This document shows positions 1-11,795 of a stretch of 64,000 bases of DNA, piece by piece; the first letter of the stretch is position 1; each line of letters opens with the position of its first letter. The notes under the pieces are model-generated. The model saw only the letters and a program-made list of their open reading frames with translations, was not told where the DNA came from and searched no databases. The stretch is from Zootoca vivipara. Taxonomy: Eukaryota. The stretch is taken from positions 30,256,001-30,320,000 of the forward strand of contig NC_083287.1 of assembly GCF_963506605.1 (NCBI RefSeq), read 5' to 3'. A program made the translations under genes and the position numbers.

Positions 1-581
1 ATTTCTATTACAACAAGGATGAGGACTTCTGCAGGAAAGGGGTTTTTCATCATTTCGGATCATTGGTCAAAGTAGTTCTTTTGTTGAAATATCTGGTTTA
101 TATCTGGGAAAGTGGGGGTGTACCCCACTGAATGTGTCTGCGTTTTAAATAACTGTCAAAACATGAGTTATTGCATGAACTGTGGCATCTAGAGAGGTTA
201 ATCTGAGAGGTGAGAAATCATAAATTTCCAGACTGAATTCCAGAATGTGAGGGATGAGAGGTGCAATTGGAAGATCATCTAGTTTAGGTGCTCCCCATAA
301 AATTATTTTATCTATGCCTCAGTCTCTAGGGCCTATGCCAGGTCTGTTAGCTGATCCCTTATGGTCTACTCTGACTGGCAGCTGCTGCCTAGAGTTTCAA
401 GCAAAGGTCTATCCTGTTCCTTTTAACTGGAACTTCTAGAGATTGAACCTGGGCATGCACAGCGGAGCTATAGTTCCTTCCCTACTGGTAGATCTGAATG
501 GGCATTCCTTAAGTATCTTCCTCTGTCCTTACTTGTTTTTTTTCTGATTTCTTTCTGCTTTGGTACTCCTGCTTCTCCCAG

Positions 582-854
582 CAGCATCAATGGACCCGCT
601 TGCAAATTCTTTGGAGGCTGAGGCTACTGATAAGGATGATATGGTATTACTGAATGAGATTCTCAATGCGTCTTCTTTGGATGACGGTGAATTCAGCAGA
701 GAGTGGACAGCTGTGTTTGGAGAGGACCCACTTGCTGACATGCCCACAAGCTCTTCTGCAGGAGAAACGGAGAACAATCAGTCATCAGCGTCAGGCTTCC
801 TTCCTTCTCAGCTTTTAGACCAAAACATGAATGACTTGCAGTCCTCCCTTCAAG
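582..854 (+). CDS. ICA1: Islet cell autoantigen 1 (ICA69), internal coding exon (gene begins upstream of window)
   Basis: Translates ASMDPLANSLEAEATDKDDMVLLNEILNASSLDDGEFSREWTAVFG...SGFLPSQLLDQNMNDLQSSLQ, matching recalled human ICA1 (DKDDLLLLSEIFNASSLEEGEFSKEWAAVFG...GFLPSQLLDQNMKDLQASLQ). Polypyrimidine tract plus CAGCAG acceptor (579-584; start could be 582 or 585); donor G|GTAGGT at 855. Phase 1 at both ends. Confidence 0.95.
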
Positions 855-990
855 GTAGGTTTATTTTAGGCTGATTAGCAAACGGATGAGCTCAGTCCAC
901 CAACCTAATGCCAAGCGCTGTGCCATGCATGAATGCATGTGAACAAAGACACAAACTTAACTTGGGAGGGTATAGCCATAACCACGAAAC

Positions 991-1196
991 AAGAGCTTTC
1001 CAAACTTTTTATGTTGGTGACACACTTTTTAAACATGCATCATTTTGCGAAATAGTAATTCAGTTTTACTAGCAAACCGGGGGTTAAATTTACTTATTTC
1101 CAGCCTCAGGAGGAGCGTGGGGAGCGACTGCATGACACACCTGCACACTGCAGCCAACATACTAACATGTCGCAACACACAGTTTGAAAAGCTCTG
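991..1196. mobile_element. Non-autonomous hAT-type element
   Basis: TIRs AAGAGCTTTCCAAACT / AGTTTGAAAAGCTCTG (14/16); 8-bp TSD CACGAAAC/CACTAAAC. Confidence 0.75.
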
Positions 1197-4100
1197 CACT
1201 AAACCATAGGATAGTGTTATATGCATGAACCTTGGGCTTAAGTGCTCTCTCTCTCTCTCTCCCCTCCCCCTTTACAACCATGAGGAGACAACTTACTACT
1301 ATTATTTAATTTTGTGTACTACTACCTTATACTTGATCAAATAACTGGTCCATTGATCTCAGTATTGTCTATAGTACTGACTTACAGTAGTTTCAGGGGT
1401 TTCTCCCAGCTCTACCGACAGATGCCAGGGATTGAACCAGGGGCAAGTTGCATGCAAAGCGTGCAATTTCAACCTAACCAGTTGGATGTTTTGTCCAAAT
1501 TGGGACAAACTATGGTTAGGATAAACAGTGATTCGTCTGAAAAAGCCAGGATCAAGCCATGGCTTCTGATCCTGGCTTCTTTGGATAAGCATAGGGAAAC
1601 TTACCAGTAACTGTAGTTCCCAGTTCAGACAAAACAACAAATTGCAGTTAGTTTAAAAAGGAAATGAATGCTTACAATCTCCATGCAGACAGAAGGGAGG
1701 TAGGTTTGTTCACATAAAGCTGAACTAGGCCTTAGCCAACATTACATCTGAATCAGGTCTCTTCTCTCAGTCACACTCACATCTCCCGTGAGGTTTGTAG
1801 GTGTGCCTTCCAGGTAATAGCTCCTTCCCTTGGGTTACTCACACTAAGCTCATTTATGCATTTTCCTCTCCCTATTTTTACCCTCCCTTAAGTATCAGTT
1901 GGCTACTCTGGTGCTGTAAAATAGATGCATCTGCACAACAGGCTCAGAATTAAAGTGCTTTGTTAGTTTGCAGCTCTTGTTGCTTCAGTGCTCCATGCAC
2001 AGCAGACCAACCTCCTTGCTGCCAATATTCTATGTTAATCTCTCCGCTGTTTCTTGGGCAGATGGTGGTTGTGGGAGGGAGGCGTAGAGGGTGAAAGGAA
2101 AAAATTGTCTCATTATTTTTAGAGTGAAGGGATGACGTGTGTGAAGGGTTCTTAACTCCTCCAGGGTGTTAACGTGGGCTGGTTTGCTTGTCATTTGTTG
2201 ATGGGAAAATTATTCCTCTGACATTCCTCAGGTAGAAGAAAATAGTAGAGCCTGGAGTAGCAATAAAAAAAGCTGTTGTTAAAGGGACCTTGTCAAGACT
2301 GGCATGCCTAAAATAGGAGCGTGTCATCAGTGAGGCTTCAGTGGCTTCAATCCAAGCACTTTGGCTTAATAGGCCTGTGGACAGAGGCATATCTGGCCTC
2401 TTTGTCTAGCGTAGTGCAGATGCTTAATGGAATCGAAGTACTCAGATTTTAAAGGTGATATGGTGTAGGAAAGTCACTAAGAGGCAAACCAGACACAGTG
2501 GGGCAGATCTGTGAACAGGATCTCCTATGATTGTAGTAGCTGCTTTTTTAATTCAATCAATCAATCAATCTTTATTATGGTCCAGAGACCCAACAAACTG
2601 ATACAAAGCAATACACAATTCAGACAGCCTACCTCCAGGTTAAGCAAGCATTTTGTTCAAACTTAAAGATAGGGACCACCGATAAAAACTTCACCACTGC
2701 CAATGTTCTAGCATTTGACTGGTCTTCCAATAGGAACCTGACATAGTGAACCTCTGCTTTTTTATTTACAAACTATCACCAAGGGTAGGGAGGGCAATTA
2801 AATTTAAAAGCAGCCAGTGAGTGGGAGAGATGTGTGATACCTGCACATTGTTGCGGCAAATAGCTGCTTTTGGATGAGTTTGATTTAAATCGGGAAATTG
2901 CACAGATGGAGAATGTTTAGACCTTTCTCCCCCAGCACTGTGGCCCCAGTGTAGATCAGCTACTTTTAAATGAAAACTATCATTCACAAATCTTCAGCAT
3001 AGCATACGGTTTGGTGCTAAAAGACTGAATAGTAAGCCAGGAGGTCTCTAGTTTGAATCTAGCTTTTGCCCTGAATAGAAGGCTGCTGTATCCCACCCAC
3101 CCCCCACCCAGTTTGGACTACAGGCCTGTTCTCTTCCCAACTCTTTCGAACATGCAGTCTTGTACATTTGTTGTTACACAGTTCAGGCTGCAACACAGTC
3201 ACAGATCACTTAAAGGAACGGCTGGTGGGGGGGAATGTATTATTTACAACGTTTGCAGGACACTTTCTTTTTTGCCAAATGCAATTATGTCATTCCTTTT
3301 CTAAGAAACCCATAGTGCAGGCTGGGACCCCAGGCTGAAAGAGCACAACTTCCCTAAGGCCAATGAGAGAGATCAGGGCGGAGCAAGGGTTGGGGTTCAT
3401 GTCTCCTTGGTTCAGTGCCAACATACTTCCCTTCAGAAAGAACACAACTCTTTGCAATGCTATGGGTTATCTATGACATCCACCACAATATGGAGAGAGG
3501 TTGTTTTCCTTCTAAGTTAACCAGTAAAAGCTATGCCCTGTTAAATAATTGAAGGTGTATTATAAATGCAAGTAACCTCTCATTTTGCATGGCTGAGGAG
3601 CCAACCGTGGCAATTTTTCAGAATTTCCATTCCTAATAATGTAAGTGGTTTTCTTACAAAGTACACAGGCTTTGCTTGTAAATTGAAAATGTCTTTTTGC
3701 TAGGATTATTTTTCAGAGATCTGTTTAGCGTATGACTGGCAGAAAACAAGTCATCTTCAACTGCAAATTACTATCTTATTTCACAATGCCTGTTAAGTAA
3801 ACTAGAGAACTTACTGTTGTGTGATCAAAGCAGTTATGTACAGGTTGCTAGCTTTGTGTCTCAGTTTCCCATCTAGCTATTAATTATCTTTGATGGCATC
3901 ATATGTTAATAGAGAAGATGTTTTAGCTTGTATAAGGTTCCAGGTCAAATCCCAAGCATTTACAAATAATAAAATACGTTGGAGCAAACAATGCTAGACA
4001 AAAGAATCCTGGGAGACTGGAAAAACCTTCTGCTAAGTCAGGTTCCTAACTGTGTTCACGTAGTTAGTTATTGCTGATCAATTAAATTGATTATCTGTGG

Positions 4101-5569
4101 GGGTGTTTTTTAAAATAAAAAAATGGAGGTGCCCTAAGAGCTGTTAGACTTCTTCCATCTCATTTACTTTAGTGGGATTAAATCCTCTTAAAGCTGGTTT
4201 CAGATGTAATAAAAAACTACAGTTATGCTAACACACTGTTGAAGATCCCATGGTTCAGTGTTACATCTGAACCAGATCAATTTGTGGGGAAGCTCAAGTT
4301 CAAACATTGAACCACACCATGGTTTACCCAAGTACTCTGTGGTTTTGTGTTGCCTCTGAATTCAGCCTGTGCATAACATTTCAGCAATTAATCAACTAAG
4401 CATGCTTGTTTAATCCCCATTGACCAGCAAGGAGGCAGGCATCATACAGGCATGGGTTAAGAATATATAGAACACTTTACAGCCTCCGGAAATTGTCGTA
4501 ATTATATTTTCCTGTCCCCTTAATCTTTTATCCAGTAAATACAGCCTTTGTCTTTTAGTCTGTTTTGTCTGCCTTTAAAACTGTATTGTTACTGCACCCA
4601 TTTATTCCCAGTCTTCACTTGGTCCTACTGCAAGAAACTGTTATTGTTGAAGGGCTGCCTATGAAGGTGAAAGAAGGCTAAACTTCACAGCAAAAAGAGC
4701 AAATGATCCGAGTGTGTTTCAGTTGGTCCACTGATTATGTTTCTGCCTCCTCTGGCTAATTGCAAAGACTGCTTTAACAAAAAGGCAATCCCTTTCTTCA
4801 CTCCTACCTGTATTTCATTTTGCTAATAATAATTATAGGAATCATTTTTAATTCATGTGTATGGGAGCTTCGTTCTGTGGCTGAACAATCTAGCTGCAGC
4901 TTCCATTTTTAAATATAATTGAGGCCAAGAGAATGACTGCTTGCTTGCTTCACCTTTTCCACATTTGTACGGTTGCTGGCAGAAGAGTAGGAGGTTTGGT
5001 TTCCTTAATGTCTCACTGATAATCTTGCGTCTAGTCATATCATGAGCTGCTCTTTGAGCGGCCAGCTAGCAAGCACCAATATTTTTCCCCCAAAGGCTAA
5101 TTTCTCCTGTTTAACTTTGCTTGTATTAGCAATGGAAATAGAACACAGAGAGCTGTGTTCTATTTGTAACTTTGTAACACTATTCAAAAGTTTTTCCTAA
5201 CCTTCCTTTTGGACCAAACCCACAGACCCGTAGGGCACATGTCAGGCACCCGAACTGCTAGTAGTAATACTAGCAGATCTCTTATAGAAGGGCTGGAGCC
5301 TGTTTGTTGTGGGAGCCTTTTCCAGACGGTAGGCTGGATTGACTCCTGCTTGCTATTTGAAACAGCACTCTGAAGGTCCCCACTCCCAGTCAGCAGATAC
5401 ATCTGCACATGAGCTCTGCTAACAACTTCAAAAATATCAATTGTCAAAACAAGTTGTACTGTTAGTTTCAGTAGATGAATGGATTTGATGGAGCAAGCAA
5501 GACAGTTAAAGTGAGGGCAAAAAAGCAAAACAAAAAAGCAGACTCAAATACAACCCTATTGCAATAACC

Positions 5570-5705
5570 CAGGCATCCCCAAACTGCGGCCCTCCAGATG
5601 TTTTGGCCTACAACTCCCATTATCCCTAGCTAACAGGACCAGTGGTTGGGGAAGATGGGAATTGTAGTCCAAAACATCTGGAGGGACGAAGTTTGGGGAT
5701 GCCTG
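5570..5705. mobile_element. 136-bp hAT MITE
   Basis: TIR CAGGCATCCCCAAACT at both ends, palindromic body; TSD CAATAACC/CAGTAACC. Confidence 0.9.
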
Positions 5706-5790
5706 CAGTAACCTGTAAGGAAATGAGAATTGTTTAATTTCTATCCCAAAGTACACAACAAGAATTTACAACAGGGTTAAAGTAACATAA

Positions 5791-6144
5791 GGACCCAGGT
5801 GGCGCTGTGGTTAAACCACTGAGCCTAGGGCTTGCTGATCAGAAGGTCGGCGGTTCGAATCCCTGTGACGGGGTGAGCTCCCGTTGCTTGGTCCCAGCTC
5901 CTGCCAACCTAGCAGTTCGAAAGCACGTCAAAGTGCAAGTAGATAAATAGGAACCGCTACAGCGGGAAGGTAAACGGTGTTTCCGTGTGCTGCTCTGGTT
6001 TGCCAGAAGCGGCTTTGTCATGCTGGCCACATGACCTGGAAGCTATACACCGGCTCCCTAGGCCAATAATGTGAGATGAGCGCGCAACCCCAGAGTCGGT
6101 CACGACTGGACCTAATGGTCAGGGGTCCCTTTACCTTTACCTTT
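5791..6144 (+). mobile_element. Sauria SINE (tRNA-derived, Bov-B-type tail), full length
   Basis: GGACCCAGGTGGCGCTGTGG A box, GGTTCGAATCC B box, (ACCTTT)n tail; TSD AAAGTAACATAA at 5779-5790 and 6145-6156. Confidence 0.93.
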
Positions 6145-6350
6145 AAAGTAACATAATACAAAGTACAAAATGTAAAGACCTACATAAAGCAATGAAGCCA
6201 GAGCTGTAAAGCAACAGATCAGGACAGGATTTTTAGAAATTGTTTTTAACAGAAGAGTTCAAGCTTCAATTATTACTGTCGTGAGCAGTGTGAGCTCGTT
6301 AAGTAATTATAGTTGATTGACAGAAATGCAACTCTGCTATTGAATTTTAG

Positions 6351-6446
6351 GTTGGGCAGCCAGGACCATTAGCCCTACGCCTGCCCCACAGACCGCCCAG
6401 AAAGCCAACAGCCTGAACACGACCATCAACAAGACACCTATGAAAG
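6351..6446 (+). CDS. ICA1: Probable ICA1 cassette exon (96 nt, 32 codons, phase 1-1)
   Basis: Acceptor TTTTAG at 6345-6350, donor AAG|GTGACA at 6447. Open in the ICA1 frame (GWAARTISPTPAPQTAQKANSLNTTINKTPMK) and joins 854 to 7609 without frameshift. Confidence 0.7.
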
Positions 6447-6502
6447 GTGACAAACACGTTACTCTTTGATTGTGTGTGCACCAACACAGTAATACTGTAC
6501 AA

Positions 6503-6506
<4 letters not shown>

Positions 6507-6552
<46 letters not shown>
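6507..6552 (+). repeat. (TG)23 microsatellite
   Basis: Direct reading. Confidence 0.98.
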
Positions 6553-6555
<3 letters not shown>

Positions 6556-7559
6556 TCTCACAACTATTTACATAGACTGGCTTCCTTTCAGGAATTATCC
6601 TCTAATTATGCTCTAATTGGCATGTTATTTAAGTAATCGGCACTTGAATATCAATGCTTGCTTGTTAGTTGACGTTATAGTGTTGCCAAGACTTGGGTGG
6701 AGATGTCCTGTTTCAGCAACGAAAACTCCACTGGGTCATCACTTGGTCACACTCCGTGTTGACAAAATTACTCCTGGCTGCAGGCAGAATGGCCCCTTAG
6801 GGCCCTGCCAGTGTTGGGGCTTTGGTGATCTCCCTTTCCATTTTTGCACAACCTCCAAAAGGCTCATCCAAGTGAAGATGAATTCATTAAAATACTATGA
6901 AGTGGTTGGGAATGGAGAAACCATGAGCCAATCCACCAGTTGAGGACATCTCCTGATGTCCTTGCGCTTAGTAGCCAGGGAAGTGGCTAATTGCTAAAAA
7001 GGCCTTCTCTGTGATGGCACCTAAATTATCAAACTTCCTCTTCAAATGTGTTTTCTGAGCAACATCATTGTTATCTTTCAGGAAAAACCCATCCCGATCA
7101 ATTGTGTTCTTAATGACTTTTTAATGGCAGTTGAGATCCTCTTAATTTCTTTTTACTGCTGTTATGATATCTTTGTTTTTACCTGCCAGTTATGCTGCTT
7201 TAGTTTCCATTATATTTTACTGCAATATATTGGGGTTTTTCCTATCATAGTCAACTTTAAGGGCAGTGTGTGTTACAAGTTACCATATACTGTATAAATA
7301 ATATAGAACTGTAAACCGCTTTGAGATTTTTCTTAAAAATATAAGAAAAATATAGAAATAATAGAAATGAAATAATAATAATAACTGCAGAATATTTAAA
7401 TTTTCTATCCAAAGCAATACATGAATATGGGTTCTATCATGTATATATTACATATTTTTTCAGTAGTGCATTCCAAGTCCATACCATGTTTGTTTGTTTT
7501 ATGTCAGCATTAGTATATATATATATTTTAAAAAAAAAAACCTCAAAGAAAAATCTTAA

Positions 7560-7730
<171 letters not shown>

Positions 7731-8062
7731 GTTGTCTGCCTGTGGTAACTCTCACTTCACCATTCAAAAATGCATTTCTTGGGGCTTTAGAAGAGTTTAA
7801 AAACAGATCAGTTTACTGTTGTACGACTTACTTCTCACTTCTGTGCCATTCTAATAAAATCAAGGGATTGACCTAACCCCTTTCTATAGGTAACAGTTAT
7901 TTGCTCTTGTTTTGTACAAAGAGTTTGAGACTTCTTTTTTTGTATGTGAATGTACCAAACGAAGTTTTGATTTAGAGGAGACTACTGAATAGATTAGTGT
8001 ACTTGCTGTAACTTGGCTCTTGGCAGGCAGAGTGCCACTGCTAACTCGAGTGAAATATAAAT

Positions 8063-8068
8063 AATAAA
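8063..8068 (+). terminator. Candidate ICA1 polyadenylation signal (other AATAAA at 7853-7858 and 10306-10311)
   Basis: AATAAA followed by U-rich/GU-rich sequence (TATTTTTTATATCTTTTTCTTTGTGT), ~330 nt after the stop. Confidence 0.5.
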
Positions 8069-8614
8069 CCTATTTTTTATATCTTTTTCTTTGTGTAAAT
8101 CAAAACAAAATCATGTAACTGGAGACTGCATGACCCAGTGGTATATTCGATACTACCATTTGGAAAGTAGTATATAACATACTGCTGTGATGTTAATTTA
8201 TAATTTCTTTTGTTAGTATCCATAGTGAAAAATCTATACTCTGGGGCTAATTATTAGAGAATTATATTTGAGTATCTATGAATCTACTGTGCTCATTCTC
8301 TAATTTTAAATTATTAGGCAAATGGCATTGTATAAATCCAAGCCGACTGCCCAAACTACATCCTCCAGGCATGTTCAGTTGTACCAGCAGTTTCGGCAAT
8401 TGGAGACCAAGTGGTATTGACTTTGCCAACATGTGTATTTACAGTAATCATGGTTTCCATACAAAGCACTTTTCATCAAAGCTGGTTTCATACACACATG
8501 TTCTGTCGCAACACTCACCTTTAATAAAGATGGTTTTGACAAAAAGAAAAAGTGTAGCTGAACCTTTGTCATGGGGAATGGGAGCAATTCAATGGAAGTA
8601 ATCATGATTTAATA

Positions 8615-8925
8615 ATAAATTATTGTTATTGTTATTTATATTCTACCCATCTGACTGGGTTGCCTCAACCACTCTGGGTAGTTCCCCCCAAAACAATAAA
8701 AACACAATAAAACCTCAAATGTTAAAAACTTACCAGTATAGGGCTGCCTTCAGATGTCTTCTAAAAAGTCACATAGTTGCTTATCTGTTTGAAATATGAT
8801 GAGAGGGCCTTCCACAGGGCGGATGTGACTATCGAGAAGGCCCTCTGCCTGGTTCCCTGTAACTTATTGCAGTGAATGAACTGCCAGAAGGCCCTTGGAG
8901 CTGGACCCCAGTATCCAGGCTGATC
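8615..8925 (-). mobile_element. L2-type LINE 3' fragment
   Basis: Reverse complement of the same 3' end seen at 56361-56500, plus an RAFSIVTSALWKAL remnant. Confidence 0.7.
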
Positions 8926-10496
8926 ATTCACTGCCTTAAAAAAAACAGGTGAGAATTCTGAGGTCATAGAGCAGACCAACATATCACAGGTAGAAATAAC
9001 CTTTTTGAATGCTCCCCTTCTTTAATATAGATATAGATTCCTGTTAAGTCTTCTCCCAACTTTTCTATATTAGCTACAGTATTTTAGTTTCCATCCAGTA
9101 AAGTTTTCATATAGGGAAGACCTCAGAAACATGATTACTAGCTGAAATGTTACAGTCCATTCTGCCACCTCATTCTGCTTCATGTGCAGATCCAATCTTC
9201 TTAAGAAAAGCACATTTCTTTTGCCAGCCAGACATTTACTTTGACACTGTTTTCATGCAAGCTTAAATTCATGATGCAGGATTTCTGAATTTGAAACTGA
9301 TAGAAACCTTCCTTCAGGTACCTGGATATTCAGAGTGCCCTAAAACAGCATAAAAGGCTGAGAAGAACACACACACACCTGGCTTATGATAGGCTTTCCT
9401 GGATTAGGGTAATGCAACAAAGGTAGAAGTTTTGCACTTACCTGTGAAGTTTGAACCTTGGCCTCCTGAAGTAGATTCATCACATGTCCAAGGCTCATAA
9501 GAACACACATTATTTTGGGTGTACTTGTTTAAAGTGTAATTTGTGGAATGGTCCTTTGTCAACATCACTTTAACTAAATCTGATGTCTAAAATGCTTCTG
9601 ACAATCGCCTCTTAATACTCTTCATGTTGTTTGTCCTTATTGGGATGGAGGAGGGGGAAAGAAAAATCCCAGTGCACACTAGCATCTCACAACGCTTGAA
9701 TTACTCTCTATATTTCATATTGTTGAAGCCCTGTAAGACAGTGACTCAGAGTCCCATAATTATATGTTTAAAGGCAAAGCTAAATTTTGCTGGAGGCAGC
9801 TGGTGGTCTTATCAACAATGGATTGTGCATTCCAAAATATATTGAGGATTCTTCTGCATTTCCACGTACTGTTTACAGTGCACTAAAAATCTCTGGAGCT
9901 GTTATTTTGGCCCCAATCTGTTAGATCTACAGCCAAATAAACGAACTTTAGCTGTAACTTTGCCAGCTTATAGAGGTAGAATGTTTTTTCAGGGGGGGGG
10001 GGTTTCTAATAATGTGAATAGATTGCAGTGGCTTTCAAGCAAGCTAATACGCTACTGTGTCAGACTTAATTAGAGCTGTTTTTAGGTCACAGATCATAGA
10101 CATCTGAGCTGCAAATGGCTCCCACTCAATCGGGGTATTGTGCAGAGAGTACTCCACAAGTGTAACAAAGGTCCGCGTTGCCACCAATTCACATCACACT
10201 TCAGATACAATAGCTGAACTGACACATGATTTAAGACAGAAAAGCCGGAACTGTATTTGCAGCAGTTCAACCTCCCTTCAGATATATGTGTTATGACTGA
10301 CAACCAATAAAAACCTGTGTTGTTAATGCAAAGAGTGCATTGTCCTTTAGTGTTGCATTATGAGCAATGTATATATTTTTGTATTTTGCTTTAAACAATG
10401 GAAGTTATAGTAATGAGAGTCTAGAAATGGAACTTGGCAACCAGACTCTTATCTTTGAGTTCCCAGACACATATAATTCATAGTATCTTGTAATTA

Positions 10497-10856
10497 GGGA
10501 CCCAGGTGGCTCTGTGGGTTAAACCACTGAGCCTAGGGCTTGCTGATCAGAAGGTCGGCAGTTCAAATCCCTGTGACGGGGTGAGCTCCCGTTGCTTGGT
10601 CCCAGCTCCTGCCAACCTAGCAGTTCGAAAGCACGTCAAAATGCAAGTAGATAAATAGGAACCGCTACAGCGGGAAGGTAAACGGCGTTTCCATGTGCTG
10701 CTCTGGTTTGCCAGAAGCGGGTTTGTCATGCTGGCCACATGACCTGGAAGCTATACGCCGGCTCCCTCGGCCAATAATGTGAGATGAGCGCACAACCCCA
10801 GAGTCGGTCACGACTGGACGTAATGGTCAGGGGTCCCTTTACCCTTTACCTTTACC
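10497..10856 (+). mobile_element. Sauria SINE, full length, second copy
   Basis: Near-identical to 5791-6144; 13-bp TSD TATCTTGTAATTA at 10484-10496 and 10857-10869. Confidence 0.93.
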
Positions 10857-11384
10857 TATCTTGTAATTAAATATATATATATTACATGGAACTAAAAGTC
10901 ATGGTATGTAGAATACTTTTTATAAGATTTTGCTATGCTGGCCATATGCACAGTCTCCATTATATAACAGAGCAAAGCTCTTAATCATTCTGTTAACAAT
11001 TATAAGTCCGTTATCGCACCAGCTTAAGGATTCCTTTTGATTTGCAGATACTGCCCCATAGTTGCATATTTTGTTATTTTAAGTAGCATACTTTTAAATG
11101 ATGCAGAAAGTTTATGATGGGGTGGGAGGTGAAGCAGCGATGATTGGTTTGCTGTCCTCAGAACGTTTATTTTTTAAAAAAACCTAATGATTTCAGCTAG
11201 CATGAATTTCTGCTAAGTTAAGAGAGGCTGCCTCTGGGGACCTCGGATGGAGTCGTTGAGAGAACAGATTGAGTAATTTTTATGGACTCTTATCTAAATC
11301 TGCCTAAATAATCCTCTAAGCATAACAGGAGCAGAAACATTATGGGCCAGTCAGTGGCTTTCCAAAGAGTGTGTAAAGCAAGTA

Positions 11385-11795
11385 CGAAGTGACATGACAG
11401 AATTTTTTAAAAGTTATGCATGGCATGAAGAAAATGGATAGAGGAAAAGCTTATATTGGAAGTTTCAGGGCAGATAAAAGAAGGTGCTTCTTCATGCAGT
11501 GCATAGTTTAACTATGGAACTCAGTCCCACAGGAGGCAGTGATGGCCACCAACTTAGATGGATTTAAAAGAGGATTGGACAAATTCATGGCGGATAAGGC
11601 TATCTATCAATGGTTACTAGCCATCATAGTTATGCTCTGTCTCCACAGTCCAAGGCAATATGCTTCTGAATATCAGTTGCTAGAAACCCCAGGTGAGGAG
11701 AGTGCTGTTGTGCCCGAGTCCTGCTTGTGAGTTTTCCACAAGTATCTGAGTGGCTGGATTAGATGGGCAGGAGTCTTCTTATGTTTTTATGTTAA
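11385..11795 (+). mobile_element. CR1 LINE 3' fragment
   Basis: ORF2 C-terminal remnant (VMATNLDGFKRGLDKFM) and a CTTATGTT-type tail. Confidence 0.8.

Noticed and set aside
5791-5870. tRNA-like A/B boxes
   Set aside because: This is the SINE head, not a tRNA gene; there is no complete cloverleaf.
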